Below are positions 13,043 through 26,280 of a DNA stretch of 64,000 nt, piece by piece; within the stretch, counting starts at the first letter, position 1; every line of letters starts with the position of its first letter. The position numbers and the translations under genes are program-made. The notes beneath the pieces were generated by a model. The model searched no databases and was not told where the DNA came from. It saw only the letters and a program-made list of their open reading frames with translations. Origin of the DNA: Octopus bimaculoides (lineage: Eukaryota); NCBI RefSeq assembly GCF_001194135.2, contig NC_068983.1, positions 10,383,767-10,447,766 on the forward strand, in the 5' to 3' direction.

Positions 13043-13098
13043 ATATAACTTTGCAATGGTTGGTGCAACATTCAAAATCTGGTGGGCGATTAGGCTGA
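13043..13098 (+). CDS. ARL8: ARL8 last coding exon
   Basis: ctttcag|at ata act...ggc TGA; reads (D)ITLQWLVQHSKSGGRLG*. Confidence 0.96.
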
Positions 13099-13945
13099 TG
13101 TGTGTACAGTACACTGATTTATCTATTTGAGAGATTTGCTAATGACACCTCCACCACTTCTACCAAAATTCATCATCATACAGACACCTGTGCTCAACAT
13201 TTTTCACTTTGGTTGTTGTTGTTGTTTTCTCACTTTCCCCCCTCTCTCTCTTTTTACAAACAGCTGCTATTTTTAGTTGCAACTAACGAAAGGTCAGTTA
13301 ACTTCTTCAAATATTATTAAATGTAAAACCAAGTAACACATCTTCACAAACACACACGTGTGTGTTTGTGTGTGTATGTAAGTATGTATATNNNNNNNNN
13401 NTTCCTTCTCTTTTCATTTGTCTACAGGTTCAGTTTGTCAACCTGAAACAGCTTATTTTAATTAATTAATATTCTTCATTACCTAAACAGTGGCTGTCTT
13501 GTAATTCACTAAATTATATTACTCAAAATTCATTACTCTCCTCCTTGCTCCAAATATAGGTAGATATTGGTAATGTTAGTTAGACACCTTAATAATTAAT
13601 GAAAAACAAACTATATATAATCTTATACAAATAGGGAAAATATACATAATACATGTAGCTGATGATTCATTCCATTGCATCTTTGTTCCTTGCCTTTGTG
13701 GTCACTTGACGAACACATGGAAACAAGAAACTCTGAGTAGTACCTAGATGTATCATCAGCTAAAAATGAACTACAAACAAACACTTCACCAACACACTAA
13801 TTTAGAAATGCAAATTAGAAAGACTTCTCTCTAAGTATAGCAGAGCTACATTGTTTCATGTGCAGCATTCACTCAGACAGCATGAAAGAGCAAGACTTGC
13901 ATGAAACACCAAGTAGCGAAATTTATACAAAAACATGTACACACA

Positions 13946-13985
<40 letters not shown>

Positions 13986-15710
13986 GGTATTTAATACAGT
14001 AAATTGTGTAATTCTCTAAAATAAAATATTAAAGGAAAGTTTTAAATCTAAGCTTATATAACCAGTTTTCTTTGTTCCTCAGAAGACTGCTCTAGTATAT
14101 TTTGTGTTTCACATACAACTGGTATTTTTATGAGGGAAAAAAAGAGTACTGGTAATTGAACAAAATATAAGGTTCTTATATATACATATATTTNNNNNNN
14201 NNNTTTTTTTTTTTTTTTTTTTTTTTTGAATCCTATTTATTTCTCCCTTCCTACTTTTCCTCATGCCTGCCTCTTATCTGTCTGTCTTTGTATGTATGTA
14301 CATAACTAGGCATATGCATGCTTGCATGTATGTGTGTATATATATAATGTTATATATAAGAACTACATAAGCTGCTTTCTTTTTCTTTCTTCATTTGAGC
14401 ACTAATGGATTCTTGTATGTTTCTGGAGTTTGTGAAGCAGGGAACTAAATATTAAAAAAAAAAAAAATTCTAAAGCAGGACATCCTAACAAGAGCATCAG
14501 CTGCTATATTTGCTTAAATAGAAAACAACAACAAACAACCCCAAAACAAAATTATTTCAATAACAAAATTAAATCTCCCCCAATTACAGAAGAAAAAAAA
14601 AAGTGAATGGGGAAGAAACTGTCAAAATGACTGTCCTTTGAAACCTCTCTGCACTATTTCTGGAATGTATTCAAAGATGAAGACAACAGTGGTTAAAAAA
14701 CAACCAGTCTGTGGATGTATGTGGACAAATTAGATTGAATCTGTGTCCAAACTGTAAGATTAAAACATTACTATTATGAAATAGTGTTTCTTCAGTATAA
14801 CTTTTTTTTCTTTAATTATTTGTTATTTTATTTTTTTAGGCAACTAAAATCCTCATCAGAGTTTCTGGGTGTAACTTATTGTCTTAAAGGTTAGAATATG
14901 GAGGTTTCTTGGTTATGCAATGACTATAAATCATTCTGACTTGCCTTTTTTTTTTCTGTTTTTTTTTTTTTTTGTCCCTACTCCCTTTCTCCTCGTCTCA
15001 TAGATATATTTTATAAAACATCACAAACTTTTTTTCTCCCTCTTCTTTATTGTATTTTTTTTTTATGCATTGGCCTGTTTTCTAATTTGTCTTTTTGTTT
15101 TTCCAATGTTTAACAAATTTGCTTCAATCATGTACAGTTAGTTTAATTACATTTTGCACATATTATTCTAATTTTCCATTGTTTGCCCCTTTTTACTTAA
15201 GATTTCCTAAAGACATGCCCCTATGATCTTTATTTTTATTTTTAAGAACAGCCTTAATCATGCAATGTATAAAAAATATCGTCCAGTAACTGGTTATTTT
15301 TAGGCTTTATTATTATTATTACTATTATTATTAAATAGAAAGATTAGCTGAAAAATATCCTCTCCCTCCCTCCAATATTGTTGACTCATGATAGCCTTAC
15401 AAAGTAACTCCTATACGAGGCCATCGTGACTGTTGTTGATAAAGGTTTACTAAAACAAAACTAATATTCTTCAATGAAAAGAATTCTGAATAAGTTGAGC
15501 ATCTATAATTTTTTTAACCTCACTAATTCTGCCTATAGTTCTAAATTTGTTTCTTGAAAGAAGATAAATTAGACCAACACTCTTCAATATAATTTTTTTT
15601 CTTTATTCTGTTATAAACAGAACAAAATCTAAAGCTGATTTTCTTTAAAAAAAAAAACTCACCAAAAAAAAGGGGGGAAAAAAACCACCTCAACAAAAAT
15701 TGATTTGTTT

Positions 15711-15760
15711 ATTAAATGATTTTTGTTCTCCTTCTGTTGTTGTTATTTATATATAATTTT
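15711..15760 (+). terminator. Candidate distal polyadenylation signal of ARL8
   Basis: ATTAAA at 15711-15716 followed by a T/GT-rich tract, after about 2.6 kb of T-rich, repeat-poor UTR-like sequence. An AATAAA at 14020-14025 is an alternative. Confidence 0.35.
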
Positions 15761-16439
15761 CCATTTTTTCTTTTGCATTGTTCTTTCCTTGTTAATTTCT
15801 GCTTTTCCAAAGAAATTCCTGTATTTTTTCACAATTTTGTTCTCATTAAAAAGAAAATTCTTCTCTAGAAGAAACTGTTTATTTTTGCCATCCTCAGTTT
15901 TTCATTGTTCAGTAGCACTAGTCAACTTTGTTTGCACTAGGTAGACACATGCAATAACTTGTTTATAGGTTGAGCACTGCAGACTTTCTCAGCTGATAGT
16001 CCTTGAGTATAAAATGCTGTTTTTCATTGAACATGCTTTGTGAAGATTAAATATACAATGGTCACTCTTTTGAACCACAAAATTCAAGCTAGAGTACATT
16101 GTGTTGGAAGAGCTTTGTAAGAAAAAAAAGTCATGCGTTTCATTAGGTAATATCTACAATAATCCAATCTTGGATTTAATGATCTTGTTGACTTTAGCCA
16201 GTAACTATCCATTGCAAAGTGAAGTGAACTAGTATTGTGGACTATCACTTGGAGTAAGAGAAGATATGGGTTCATATTGTGGCTATTTATATGGTGTCAC
16301 TTCCCTTGTTCTGTCTATAACAAATTTTTCAAAATGGTACATGCAAGACACCTTAATGTAAATAGCAGCCTTGAAGATTTGGCTGCTCTTTCTAGCTATA
16401 AAGATATGTTCAGTGCTAAATGTGACATACAACATCAAC

Positions 16440-16480
16440 AGAAGAAATATATGCAATAAGTATAGAAAAGACACTTTATT
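16440..16480 (-). terminator. Candidate polyadenylation signal of MED11
   Basis: AATAAA on minus at 16475-16480 with a T/GT-rich tract downstream, about 480 bp after the stop codon. Confidence 0.45.
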
Positions 16481-16957
16481 TCATAAAATTAAGTCTTTTG
16501 ATAATGATTCTTTAGATGTAATGACAACTTTAGGGATATGATGGTGCATTTAAGATTAATGCAGGGACTGATGTTGAAGCTGAAACCAGACTGGAGAATC
16601 TAACAGCCAAGAATTTATTGTGATTGATTTCTTCAAAGGCTTTTAGGAAGAAGGGAAATATTTTGTATAAGAAATCAATGTATATAGTCTATGAAAAACT
16701 GGTCTGATGCATTGTCTCTTTGGGCAAGAATCTTATTTACCAAAAGTTCCATGCCCTTTTTCTAAAATCCCTACATGCTTCAATCTTAATTCACATTCTT
16801 TTTTTCTTGACATGCCAGCATGGAAAACAGATGTTAAATGATGATGATGAAAGCAGATAATCACTCCTTAGAGAAATGATAGTCTCATGTGAATCCTGGA
16901 TTGATATGGTACTTACTATATCAAATTAAGTCCAGCTTCCCATATTGCTAATTTAGC

Positions 16958-17145
16958 TTAAATCTGTGATGATTGAAATAGCTTGCGCATGCCAGAGCCT
17001 TGTGGAGAAGATGCAAGGTAACCATGTAAATGTTCATTGTGAATTTTTTCAAGTTCATTAAGTCTGCTTTTGACATGTTCAACTCTATGCATGGCCATCA
17101 GGAGATCTTTCTGTGCTGCATAACAAGAACCTTCATGGGGTTGAC
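16958..17145 (-). CDS. MED11: Mediator subunit 11, exon 3
   Basis: ttgcag| acceptor; reads (G)QPHEGSCYAAQKDLLMAMHRVEHVKSRLNELEKIH...SSQI*, matching recalled human [29 protein letters not shown]. Confidence 0.95.
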
Positions 17146-20041
17146 CTGCAAGCAATGAGATATGTAAATAAGTATAAAGTTAAGAGGCACAGTGCTACAT
17201 TGAAAAAAAAAGATTCAATTTTATACGGAAGAAAGTACGATTGTGGATAAAAGTGGCTAAAACAGGGTTTCTCTGAAGGATTTCTGGAATAACATTACTC
17301 AACATGACATGTTGCTCAGAGTTCAGGGAGTCCTTCCAGTTCAAGTTGTTTCTTCACATTAAGAGGTCACAGCTCTTGTGCTACAGACATGCAATTAGAA
17401 TGTCGCAGGAAGGAATTGCAAGATGGAGTCGACCAAGAATGAAATAGTTGGATAATATCCATAATCTCAGTTACTCACCCCTAGAAAGTCTGACAGATGC
17501 TTCTGAAAGGACAGTGGAGGAAATGCTTGAGAACTCTACCCCCATAACTCTCCTAGGAATAGTAAACAAAAAAGATAGATTAACAGTACCACCTATAGTA
17601 CTATAAGTGAAGTTCACTCTGTTGCAATCTGTCAAACCATATTTTTCCCTATATGTTCAGGATGTACCAGTCTGAGAGAACATGCAAAGGTCATGAATAT
17701 TATCACCTTTCTCAGATTAAGCTCTAAAAAAACTAGATTTAATCAGTCTGATTATCACCAGTTGGAATGTAAGCAAGTTCACTCATGCACACAAGCCAGG
17801 TTGTATACAGTCTATAGTCACTCAAAGTAAAACCAGTGGTAGAGACATCTATGCATTGCATTACAGAATAACCTAATTCAATACAAAGGAGTGATAAATA
17901 GCCTAAACTAGGTTGACTGAAACATGTAAAGTAATTTATTAGCAACAAAGTTGAAATATTTTTAAACCAGCTCAACCTGGCTCAGGACTATGCTAGCAGC
18001 AGTTTTTAAACAGATTTAAACCAGTATCACGACTCAGTAATCTGTACTCACAACAGAGTCCAATAAACTTGTGTAAACTAGTACCATCAGACTCAATAAT
18101 GTACTAGCAACGGGGTTTAAACATGTCTAAGCCATCACCCTATGGTTCATTTGTTCCAATTCATTGCAATTATTATATTCTTAATCCATTACCTCAGTTT
18201 GCCTAGTTATCAGGAGCTGGTACCAGTCATATTATTAGGAATGTTATCTGTAATGTATTGCCACCCCATCCTTGTTCACTCAATGCCATGAAACCAGAGC
18301 TGAACCACAACCCTTACAAAAACCCCTTGGGATTAAGAATTTACATTTTCTTGATCTAATCTAGCAAAAAGATGCACTCATAAGCCAACATGGAAGCATC
18401 TACATGCCATGCTAGAAACAGCAGCCAAAATTTCCCTCAAGTCACACCCTTCTACTTTTAAAAATTAAAGATAATAGTCAGAGAAACACTGAAAAGAATA
18501 ATGGTCATAGCTGGGGCCCCTTATATCATTGGCCTGTTCTACCAGAGCTGTAGCAACAACAACAGAGGCACTATTAACAATCCCACAAACAGCAACCACA
18601 TTAGGTTGAAATACCCAACCTAGATTACTTAGGTGGATTAAATGTACCACTATATGAGAAAACATCTAGTTACTTTGTAAAATAATCTAGGATTAAATTT
18701 AATAAAAAACAGGCAAATTTGAGGGCTAAAGTTTCATGAATTCAACTTTATTGGGTTTCACCAGTTTTCATGCACCCAATATCACACTGTCTAGTCAGAT
18801 TGTCTACAATTTTACAATTTGTATGCTATAGCTAAGGATATCCACTATCTTACAAAAATATTTATATTTCTTATTAAATAAGCACAGGCATGGCTGTGTG
18901 GTAAGAAGTTTACTTCTCAACCACATGATTTTGGGTTCAATTCTATGTCACACCTTAGGTAAATGTCTTCTACTATAACTCCAGGCTGACCAAAGCCTTG
19001 TGAATGGATTTGGTAAGAATATCTAGTAATTAATCTCAAGGCATGTATAACAGTAACTTAGTCAAAACAAAAAAGTAATGTCTATAGCAAAACTCACTCG
19101 TAAACTGGTGTTCGCTTCGTCATTTCATCTTTTTTTACATAATACAATAAATTACAACATATAGCCCAAACATTAAAACTATACATACATGTATGCAAAA
19201 TAGCTTTGAGATTAAGTATTGGTCTGTAGACTACATGGTAAAGAGTTCAAGTTGTTTGACAGCTAGTACATTATGACCCTATGTAAATCATATCAGACTA
19301 AATGAAAATAGGACCATCTCTACTGTATGAAGAGTGGAAAGATTTACAAGAAAATAGCCATATTCAACACTAACATGATCAGATTGATATAAAACAACAG
19401 TGTTATCTACTAATATTTTGTAGGCAATGAAGGAACTATGATTGTGGGTTTTATAGGTCATCCAACACTGGAGAAGGAGGTCAATGTCTGAAAACACTTG
19501 AAGAGAGAGAATTCCAATGAATTGCAGGGGAAGATTGACTATTTTGTGCTGTGTTTGGAAGAGGGTAAGGAGGATGGGATGGGCAGATATATGGAGCTAA
19601 CAAGAACAAGGTAAGAAGCAATTATAGGAGAAGAAACAGTATATCCATGAAGTTAATAATAAAGTTAGATGTTTAATGTACTGCACAATACAACTATTCA
19701 AAAAGTCAACTGTTCATAGACAAGACATATAATATTTAATGGTCCCTCATTGTAAACAAACAGCACCAGTGCTGGGAAATCGACAAGCATCTTGTTGATT
19801 AGCAAGACTGAGTCAGTTCTTACCACAGGAAAAGTTACAAATGAATAGATCAGGGAAACTTTACCTCGTAAGATAACCATGAATAAAAAGTTCAGTTTGC
19901 TACCACATGGTTTGTGGTTCAGTCTCACAGCAAGGCATCTTGCACAAGTGTCTTCTATTACCTCAGGCCAACCCATAACTTGCAAGCGAATTGGTAGGTG
20001 AAACTAAATGGAAACTGTCTGTCTCTCTCTCATATATATAT

Positions 20042-20424
20042 ACTCTTTTACTCGTTTCAGTCGTTTAACTGTGGCCATGCTGGAGCACCACCTTTAGTCG
20101 AGCAAATCGACCCCAGGACTTATTCTTTGTAAGCCTAGTACTTATTCTATCGGTCTCTTTTGCCGAACCGCTAAGTTACGGGGACTTAAACACACCAGCA
20201 TCGGTTGTCAAGCAATGGTGGGGGAACAGACACACAAACATACACAGACACATACATATATACGACAGGCTTCTTTCAGTTTCTGTCTACCAAATTCACT
20301 CACAAGGCTTTGGTCGGCCCGAGGCTATAGTAGAAGACACTTGCCCAAGATGCTACACAGTGGGAATGAACCCGGAACCATGTTGTTGGTAAGCAAACTA
20401 CTTACCACACAGCCACTCCTGCGC

Positions 20425-20425
<1 letters not shown>
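20042..20425 (-). mobile_element. tRNA-derived SINE (family A)
   Basis: Reverse complement of the 9964-10393 element, with head and tail present. Confidence 0.9.
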
Positions 20426-20469
<44 letters not shown>

Positions 20470-21712
20470 GTGTCTGAGCACATACACATGCATGTACATG
20501 TTTTCCCACATGAAATTGTTTTGGTAAAAATAACTGTTTACATTCCTAAACATCACATCCTGTAGCTGTGCACTCTCTAAATAGTGGAGTAAGAAAAGAA
20601 ATACCTTACTTGTAAAATAAGTAAGGATTAGTGACAGCAAAAGCATCTTAGCCATAAAAATGCAGCCTCAACCAAGTCCCCCTTCCAATCTATGATATAA
20701 TGGAGCCCTGTTTACAAGTGCACTTTTAATTGTACACATTATGGATTAAGCAGTTGTGTTATTGATGTTCAACAAAGTGTAACTGAGGTAGTCAAACATT
20801 ACTTCAATTTCTATGTATAATAAAACAAGCTGAAGAAATACAGCATTCTACAGTTTGAATTAACAATTAGAATTTATCCAAAAAGCAAAGCTTTATTTCT
20901 ATATCAACATCATCCCATAATTATGACCCAACAAAGGAGCCTGTGCATAATCAACTGACCTGCTAGAAATAGCAGCCAAATCTCCATAAAATCATACCCG
21001 GTGTTGTCACTGATTGAATGACTTTGCAACACAGAGCTTCTTTAATTGTTTAGATCATGACTTTGAAACTCAATATTCCTGAAACCGTTCTCAGCACTTC
21101 TTTCTAGGTCTTCCATTGTATGTTTATTGTACTTCAGGAAGCCACTGCACTATCACCTTACAGCACTCATTCACTAAGCATGTACGAGAGGAGTTCAGTA
21201 ACTTAAATGATTCATCAAATTGTGCAACCAATTTATGCAAGGGAGACAACCACATTGGTTGGCACAACACCTGAACGAAGATGCCTGGTGAGAAAGGTAC
21301 AAGATGTCCATGGTACACGAAGACATAAAAGGCTTTTGACTTGAGAATGTAGTATTGAGATATGTGAGATCATTGCTAAGGGAGGAAATTGAATACAAAG
21401 CTAATGTTGATATACACAAAATGTCTTGAAATCAGAAAGAACTAAAAAAAAAGTAAGAAACAAAAATTTATGAAGACACTAAAATAAGTTTCATCATCAT
21501 CATAGTTTAACGTCCGCTTTCCACGCTAGCATGGGTTGGACGATCTGACTGAGGACTGGAGAAACCAGATGGCTACACCAGGCTCCAATCTGATTTGGCA
21601 GAGTTTCTACAGCTGGATGCCCTTCCTAATGCCAACCACTCCGAGAGTGTAGTGGGTGCTTTTATGAAAGTTCTAATAGGAAGGGCATCCAGCCGTAGAA
21701 ACCATGCCAAAT

Positions 21713-21945
21713 AAGGTGGGGAGCTGGCAGAAACGTTAGCACGCCGGGCGAAATGCTTAGCAGTATTTCGTCAGTCGTTACGTTCTGAGTTCAAATTCCG
21801 CCGAGGTCGACTTTGCCATTCATCCTTTCGGGGTCGATAAATTAAGTACCAGTTACACACTGGGGTTAATGTAATCAACTTAATCCCTTTGTCTGTCCTT
21901 GTTTGTCCCCTCTACGTTTAGCCCCTTGTGGGCAATAAAGAAATA
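21713..21945 (+). mobile_element. SINE family C nested in an RTE-tail copy, 16-bp TSD
   Basis: AGAAACCATGCCAAAT at 21697-21712 and 21946-21961; the flanks rejoin into a continuous RTE-tail sequence. Confidence 0.85.
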
Positions 21946-22669
21946 AGAAACCATGCCAAATCAGACTGGAATTCGGTGCAGCCCCCAGCTTACCAGCCCT
22001 GGTCAAACCGCCCAACCCATGCCAGCATGGACAACGGACGTTAAATGATAATGATGAATAAACTAAAAGCAGAGAACTGTTTGAAGACAGCATTAAAAGA
22101 AAATGGTTGGATGTATTTATGTGTGTCTGTTTAAGCCATTTGTGAAGTATAACTGTATGAATTCCTCAGACAGAATCAGCGTGACTTGAGGCTTTGCCCA
22201 AGATGCCATGTGGTCGGAGTGAATCTGGGACCTCATATTAAAAAATATATATACATAAATATATATATATACATACACATATATCACCCACTACACTCTC
22301 TGAGTGGTTGGCGTTAAGAAGGGCATCCAGCTGTAGAAACTCTGCCAAATCAGATTGGAGCCTGGTGTAGCCATCTGGTTTCACCAGTCCTCAGTCAGAT
22401 CGTCCAACCCATGCTAGCATGGAAAGCGGACGTTAAATGACGACGACGATGATGAATGTTCATGGTGAACATGCTGAGTATAAATTGATATTGAATGTAT
22501 TGTGTATGTTCATAATCAAAAGAAAAGACTAAAAGTATTTAGACTAGTAAGAGTTAAGACTAGGATTTTAGTTGCTATTTATGATCATGATGATGATGAG
22601 GAGGAGGAGGAGAATGTCACAGAAATTAATAATAAAAATATGCCTGTGTCAATGTAAAATCTCACTTAC

Positions 22670-22810
22670 CTGTAGACACCTGAGTGAGATAGTTGATTTG
22701 CTTTGTAAGTCCAATCTCAACACTTTCAAGTGTTTTAATGAAGCTGGTAGTGTGACTTTCCACTTGCTTCATACTTGGTTTGTCTTTGGATAGTTCTTGC
22801 AGAGCTTGAC
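22670..22810 (-). CDS. MED11: Mediator subunit 11, exon 2 (141 bp)
   Basis: tttaag|...|gtaagt; reads (G)QALQELSKDKPSMKQVESHTTSFIKTLESVEIGLTKQINYLTQVST, matching ELSKEK...QIRYLTQVAT. Confidence 0.96.
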
Positions 22811-23766
22811 CTTAAATTAGAGAGGATTTTGAAGAGCAATTAATGATTAAGAAAGTAAAAAGTAAAATTAAGGTACTTATTTCTGTAAAATGTTACATAT
22901 ACCTTACACAGCAAAGATTGAAGGGGTTTTTTTTGTATGTATGTATCGAAGGAAATGACAAGTAACAAGACACTGTCATACAACCCATACACATGAAAAG
23001 AAAAAAAAAACAGATGTAAAATAATGATGATAATGATCATCGTCGTTATTGAGTTAATGTCTTCTTGCCCATGCTTGCATGGGCTCAATGGCAATTGTTG
23101 AAGCAAACTTTCTACAGCCAGATGCACTTCCTGTTGCCAACCCTCATCTAATTCCAAACAAGATATTTTCCCATGGGCAGACATAGTTTCACAGAAGACT
23201 AGAAATGAAAAACACAACTTGTATGATGGTGACACTCATTAACAACTATCACATGATGCCAAGACAAAGAGACAGAAACTCATACACACACACAAGCTTA
23301 TATTTCCGTCAGTTTCCATCAACCAAATCCATTCACAAGGCTTTGGTTGGCCTGGGGCTATTGTAGAAGACAAATGCTCAAAAAGCCATGTTAGTGGGAT
23401 TGAACCCAGAACCATGTGATTTGGAAGCAAGCTTCTTAACCACACACCTAAGCCTGCACCTAATTGTGTGTGTGTGTGAGGGTGCATGGCTTAGTGGTTA
23501 GGGTACTGCACACACGATCTAGCAATCATGATTTCAATTCCTCGACCAAGTGATGTGTTGCAAAACACTTCATCCCACCTTGCTCTGCGATCACTTCGAC
23601 ACCCGACACATGGTACACCTGTGTGCACCTGTTCAGACAACATTGATTTGATGGAGAGAGTGAGCTAATGTGCATCACTACAAACATTCGATCACTATAA
23701 ACAAATCCCTTGTGTAGGTCATTCAGCAAAAGCTTAATGCCCATACATTGTCTTCAACCGGAGAGT

Positions 23767-23808
<42 letters not shown>

Positions 23809-23864
23809 AATTTTATAATTATAAGCATAATTATAATTAGGATTCAGCAAAATTGCTTCACCAC

Positions 23865-24086
23865 ATACTGAAATTTAGAAATAGCAGTTCAATACTATTC
23901 CACTACCATAAGATATCTCCCAGACAGTAATACTCCAAACTCATACAGGCAAAGAGAAAAAAAAATCAAAGTCGGGTGGATTTGTTATTTTTTTCTCTTT
24001 GCCTATGTGAGTTGGGAGTATTGCTGTCTGGGAGATATATTATGGTAGTGGAATAGAATTTAACTGCTATTTCTAAATTTCAGTAT
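23865..24086. repeat. Imperfect fold-back inverted repeat (about 100-bp arms) in MED11 intron 1
   Basis: The left arm starting ATACTGAAATTTAGAAATAGCAG is reverse-complementary to the right arm ending CTGCTATTTCTAAATTTCAGTAT; a few mismatches and indels; short loop. Confidence 0.9.
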
Positions 24087-26044
24087 TTATGAGAGTGAGG
24101 CAATAACAGAGGTATCAAATTGTTGGACCAGGTCAAGAAAATTATAGAAAGAGTTATTTTGCAATTGATCAGGAAGAGAATTAGTGATGAAATGTGGTTT
24201 GGCATTGTACTAGGAGGAGATACTACCATGCTATATTCCAAGAGATAAGTATAGTAGTACATATCTAGGAGTAAGCTCCTATACTGAGTATTTGTAGGGC
24301 CAGAGAAAGCCTTTGACTGGATTCTGTTTTGTAATTTGGTGCTCCCTAACTAGATAAATGGCTTGTGGCAATTACACTAGCCATATATAGAGATACAGTC
24401 AGTGATACAATGATAAATTTAGCCTGCAGGTTAAGTGTCCATCAGGTCTCAGTCCTCTCCTATTTATTGTTATATTACAGACCATACAGAAGTGTTTAAA
24501 ACTGGCTGTCTGTAGCAACTCTCAGGATGGCCATAGTTGGAATACCTCTGATCGTTAGTCTGCTCAGTTATGGTGCTAAAGAACAATAACTATCTTGCTA
24601 ACAAAACAATCACTCCAGACGGTCCTCCATAAATTAATTGTCAGCTTGCTACATTCACCTCATTAGTCTCAGAGAGCTTACAAAGGTTACAAGCATCTCC
24701 CTATATATATACACAACGGGCTTCTTTCAGTTTCTGTCTACCAAATTCACTCACAAGGCTTTGGTCGGCCTGTGGCTATAATAGGAAACACTCGCCCAAG
24801 GTGCCCCGCAGTGGGACTGAACCCGGTATCATGTGGTTGGTAAGCAAGCTACTTACCACACAGCCTCTCCTACGAATTTTTATTGCCTATCAGAATGTGC
24901 AGTATGGTTTTCTGTTAAGTGCACGTATGACATAACCACAGAAACACACACAGATTTGCCAGGTGCCCTTTGCTGTTTGACCAACTACCTGCTTGCTTAA
25001 TTAAAAATAACCTGTGACTACATAACTTATTTCTATGATCCTCACTTCATTTAGTTGCAGGCTAATTTAAGTTCTCCAGCAGTTTCGATTCGAAGCCGTT
25101 AATTGCTTTCAGAGAAAAACATCACAATTGCTCATTTCTCTTTCCTCTAAAATGCTTAGCAAAATGTAACCAACATAAAACTGATTCCTCTAATATCTTC
25201 AAAACTGAAATTCTATGTAAATAACTCAATGGTCAACGGCGGTTTCATTAATTACCATTTAATTACTTTTAACATCTTTTACGTGTAAAGTTCTTCTTAC
25301 TGTACGTCATAGAAGTAGAAATGGTAAAATATTACTGAAAACCAAATTTTGAAAATACACATGGAATTGCTAATCGGTGAAATTAAATACAATAGAAACA
25401 GGTAATAATCTAGTTTGCACAAATTTTTTTCCATATTTTCTCATAAATTTTTAAAGCTAATTACACTTGAGTGAAAAATTTTAGAATTATATTAGAAAAA
25501 TATTAATTCCGAAATATATATAAATTAATAAATAAACGAAAGTTTGTAACAATGATTTTTGCGTAAGTTTTAATATTCTTTTCTACTTTAGGCACAAGGC
25601 CAGAAATTTGGCGGGGGGGGGGGGAATCGATTACATCGACCCCAGTACACGACTGGTACTTAATTCATCGAAAGGATGAAAGGCAAAGTCGACCTCGGCG
25701 GAATTTGAACTCAGAACGTAAAGACAGATGAAATACTGCTAAGCATTTCGTGCAAACGTTTCTGCCGCCGCGAAAGTCTTTAATAATTAAAGCTAAAATA
25801 AACAAACATGGATTTGACAAAAAACATGACAATACAACGAAATAAGCCCTATGTGATGTCTTGGTCACCTAAACAGTAACCGAATTTGAATCGAAGGATA
25901 CCTTACTGTCTTTTAAAAACGAAATTACACAAGACAATGTATTTTTATTCAACAGAAATATCCAAGAAGAACCGTCAAGGCTGGAATAATTTGGTTCCAA
26001 ACAACAACCAGCAATGCAATGTGACATTATAAGGAATTACGAAC

Positions 26045-26123
26045 CTGAACTATGAATTGCTGTAGCTATATCACGCTCAATCATTTCAAGTTGACGAAGT
26101 CTTTCTACTGGACCGGATCCCAT
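26045..26123 (-). CDS. MED11: Mediator subunit 11, exon 1
   Basis: ATG at 26123-26121 in ACAATGG context; reads MGSGPVERLRQLEMIERDIATAIHSS(G)|gttcgt, matching ERLRALEDIEREIGAILQNAG; total CDS 408 nt (135 aa). Confidence 0.93.
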
Positions 26124-26149
26124 TGTGGGGCAGATATATTTTAATTAGT

Positions 26150-26280
26150 TACTTTCGTCTTTTAATTAAATTTTTCACAGAAACACAGAAAATGGTCAGA
26201 ACGGAAGAAGCATGGCGTCCAGTTGCATTGTGGGTAATTTGGGAATCCGTGGTCATCTCCCTTTATCAATTTTTTTTTTA
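26150..26280. promoter_or_regulatory. Probable MED11 promoter / 5' UTR, possibly bidirectional
   Basis: Locally CpG-retaining; ETS core CGGAAG at 26202-26207 and a YY1-like ATGGCG at 26212-26217, just upstream of the MED11 ATG. Confidence 0.4.

Noticed and set aside
21150-21450. Possible cassette exon in MED11 intron 2 (strong polypyrimidine tract on minus)
   Set aside because: No convincing donor or homology, and MED11 exons 2 and 3 already join into a canonical protein.
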